A DNA stretch of 64,000 nucleotides, taken from positions 13,702,001-13,766,000 of the forward strand of contig CM060734.1 in assembly GCA_030704615.1 (NCBI GenBank), given 5' to 3'. Both the position numbers and the translations under genes were made by a program. The notes below the pieces were generated by a model. It saw only the letters and a program-made list of their open reading frames with translations. It did not search any database and had not been told where the DNA came from. Positions 61,885 through 64,000 of the stretch are shown here, one piece after another. Position 1 is the stretch's first letter. Every line of letters begins with the position of its first letter. This DNA is from Takakia lepidozioides. Taxonomy: Eukaryota; Plantae; Bryophyta.

Positions 61885-62610
61885 TGTCGCGCACCTCACT
61901 TCGGTAAGCTCCCCCTCAAGTCATAGTTACTCGCTTTGATGCGCGCGCCTGACTCCCAACCGGCCGCCGGGCCAACTTGGAGCTTCGGCTGCTCACCGGG
62001 GCATAACGGTCCCCCTTTGTTCTCCCAAAGAACCCTCCACCGATTTGGAACCAGCGGGAATTCCCTTTGGTAGTTGGCAGTCCGGAACAGCTCCCCACTC
62101 TTTGGTCGCTTTCCGGCTCGCTCGCTTACTCACTAGTTTTTGGACACCAACGGGCTTGCACCGTTCTCGGGGTTACTACTCCCTATATATACTTCTGTAG
62201 CTGTCCGCGGGGGTTTCACAACCAGCCATGCCATTTTATGGCGAACCACCACGAAAACCCTCGACTCCCGGTGATGAGTCGCGGTGAGTCTTGGCCCACT
62301 CACCACAGCCACTATGGACCGTGATGAGTCCCAAGACTCCCCACGACTCCCACCACGAGGTCTCCGCCCCCATGGTGAGTCCTATGCCACCCCCACTAAG
62401 TCTCGCTAAGCTACCACCACCCCTTGTGGAGCCACCCCCACCGCAACCCGGTGTGCGGGGCTCCACCTAGTGAGTGCCTCCGCCTCCTTGAGTGCCTTGG
62501 GCACTCAAGGGTGCTTCAGCCCCCCATACCTATCGCTGCCGCTGCCCCCACCACAGGGGCAGCCCCTCATGTGTCCCGACCCCCTGCCCTCAAGGCAAAG
62601 GGCCGCGACA
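61885..62610 (-). repeat. 5' LTR of chromovirus
   Basis: Direct repeat of 55274-55998, adjacent to the PBS. Confidence 0.95.
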
Positions 62611-64000
62611 GGTGGAGTTTGCTCGGTGCTACATAGATGACATCATCATCTTTAGTGCTACGGTGGAAGAGCATGAGAGACACCTTCAGGGGGTATTTGA
62701 GCGCTTGAGGACGCACGGATTGAAGTTACATCCGGGCAAGTGCAAGTGTTTCCACAACCAGATTGAGTATCTGGGCCACATGATATATCCTGGAGGATTG
62801 GGGGTACAGCAGACTAAGGTAGAGTCCATTGCACAGGTTCCACGCCCCACGGATGTGAGCCGAGTTCGAGCTTTCATGGGGTTAGCAAACTATTATAGAC
62901 GGTTTGTTAAGGGATTTAGTGCCATTGCAAAGACTCTAACCAAGCTGACCAAGGTGGACCAGGAGTGGCAGTGGGAAGATGAGCAAGAACAAGCTTTTCA
63001 AGAGCTCAAGGCGAGGTTGACCTCGGCGCCCATCTTGAGACGACCTATCAGGGGGCGTCCTTTTCAGCTGCACACAGATTGGAGCATGCTGGGGCTTGGA
63101 GCGGTGCTCACACAGGTGGATGATGAGGGAAGAGAGTTCGTAGTGGCTTATGCTAGCCGCTCGAACAATGCTGCAGAGTCTAAGTATAGCTCATATGAGG
63201 GAGAATGCTTAGCGGCAGTGTGGGCCGTGGCACACTTCAGGTGCTATCTATACGGCAATCTCTTCACTCTTGTCACGGATCACCAACCACTCAAGTGGTT
63301 GATGGAGTCAGACAAGCTTACGGGGAAGCTTGCACGGTGGGCACTCATCCTTCAAGAGTATGACTTTCAGGTTGTGCATCGATCGGGTTTGGTCAATCGC
63401 AATGCAGATGGGTTGAGTCGCAATCCATGCATGAGCCAACAGGATGACATTGGAGCTCGGTGGCATGGTGAGACGGACGAGGAGATGGTGCTCGGATGGC
63501 ATGCATCCGCATTTCTGTGTATCTTGGCAGCGGAAGGCCAGGTTGGACCTGCAACAGGGATGACTGTAGATCAAGTGTCTGAGGACCCTGAGGCCAGCAA
63601 TGAGCAAGGTGGCGCCAAAGATATACATGAGGATTCAGTTGTGTTGGACTACCTCCGCACTGGAGACACTGCAGCCACTGTGACTGCCAAGGAGAGGGAT
63701 CGGATCCTACAACAAGCCAAGAGGTTCAAGTGGGAGGGGACACACCTGCTCCGAGTGTGGGAGGATGGTCAAGTGAGGATTGTGCCTCACCCAACACAGC
63801 GGGCACGGTTAGTGCGGCATGCCCATGAGGAGTTGGGGCATTTTGGGGTGCGACGCACTCATAGTCTACTGCAGGGGAAGTATTGGTGGCGTGGTATGCA
63901 CACAGAGGTGCAACAATTTGTGGCTAGGTGCATGGTGTGTGACAGGGTGCATGCTTCATTCAACGCCCTTACTCCACAATTGCACCCTCTTCCGATCATG

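Larger units (their letters stand above)
55274..62610 (-). mobile_element. Full-length chromovirus (Tcn1-like Ty3/Gypsy) nested in element B; 5-bp TSD GGTGG
   Basis: LTRs 55274-55998 and 61885-62610 (TG..CA, about 13 differences by eye); TSD at 55269-55273 and 62611-62615; PBS and PPT present; gag-PR-RT-RH-INT-chromodomain. Confidence 0.97.
49890..64000 (+). mobile_element. Ty3/Gypsy DNMT-carrying element B, interrupted in RT by a chromovirus, runs off window end; 5' boundary uncertain
   Basis: Collinear with element A from the leader (49890 ~ 20900) through gag, PR, DNMT and RT (to 55273), then from 62611 through RT, RH and INT. Confidence 0.93.

Overview
This is a repeat-dense, heterochromatin-like window from a eukaryote. 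It is most likely a non-seed land plant, inferred from a PLS-class PPR pseudogene, a GT-AG spliced UBA5, a tRNA-iMet-primed chromovirus and Naiad/Chlamys-type Penelope elements. From left to right it holds: (1) a head-to-tail array of Penelope-like (PLE) units at 1-7.7 kb; (2) a multi-exon UBA5 gene on the minus strand with a frameshift in exon 10; (3) Gypsy fragments, a PLE RT with a 5' inversion and a hAT fragment; (4) a Ty3/Gypsy element (A, ~20.9-29.1 kb) whose polyprotein reads Gag-protease-C5 cytosine DNA methyltransferase-RT-RNaseH-integrase-PHD finger; (5) a 15 kb block of ~120-bp tandem repeats, long foldbacks, multi-copy intronless kinase pieces and a RING-H2 ORF; (6) PPR, LOS4-like and L7/L12 gene fragments; (7) a second DNMT-Gypsy copy (B, ~49.9 kb to window end) with a complete chromovirus nested in its RT (TSD GGTGG). 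The main system of interest is the LTR retrotransposon family carrying a DNMT3-like methyltransferase and a PHD reader. Both copies share a single in-frame TAG-CAA-CCA, a candidate readthrough stop, between DNMT and RT. All alignments, identities and boundaries were judged by eye and no searches were run.
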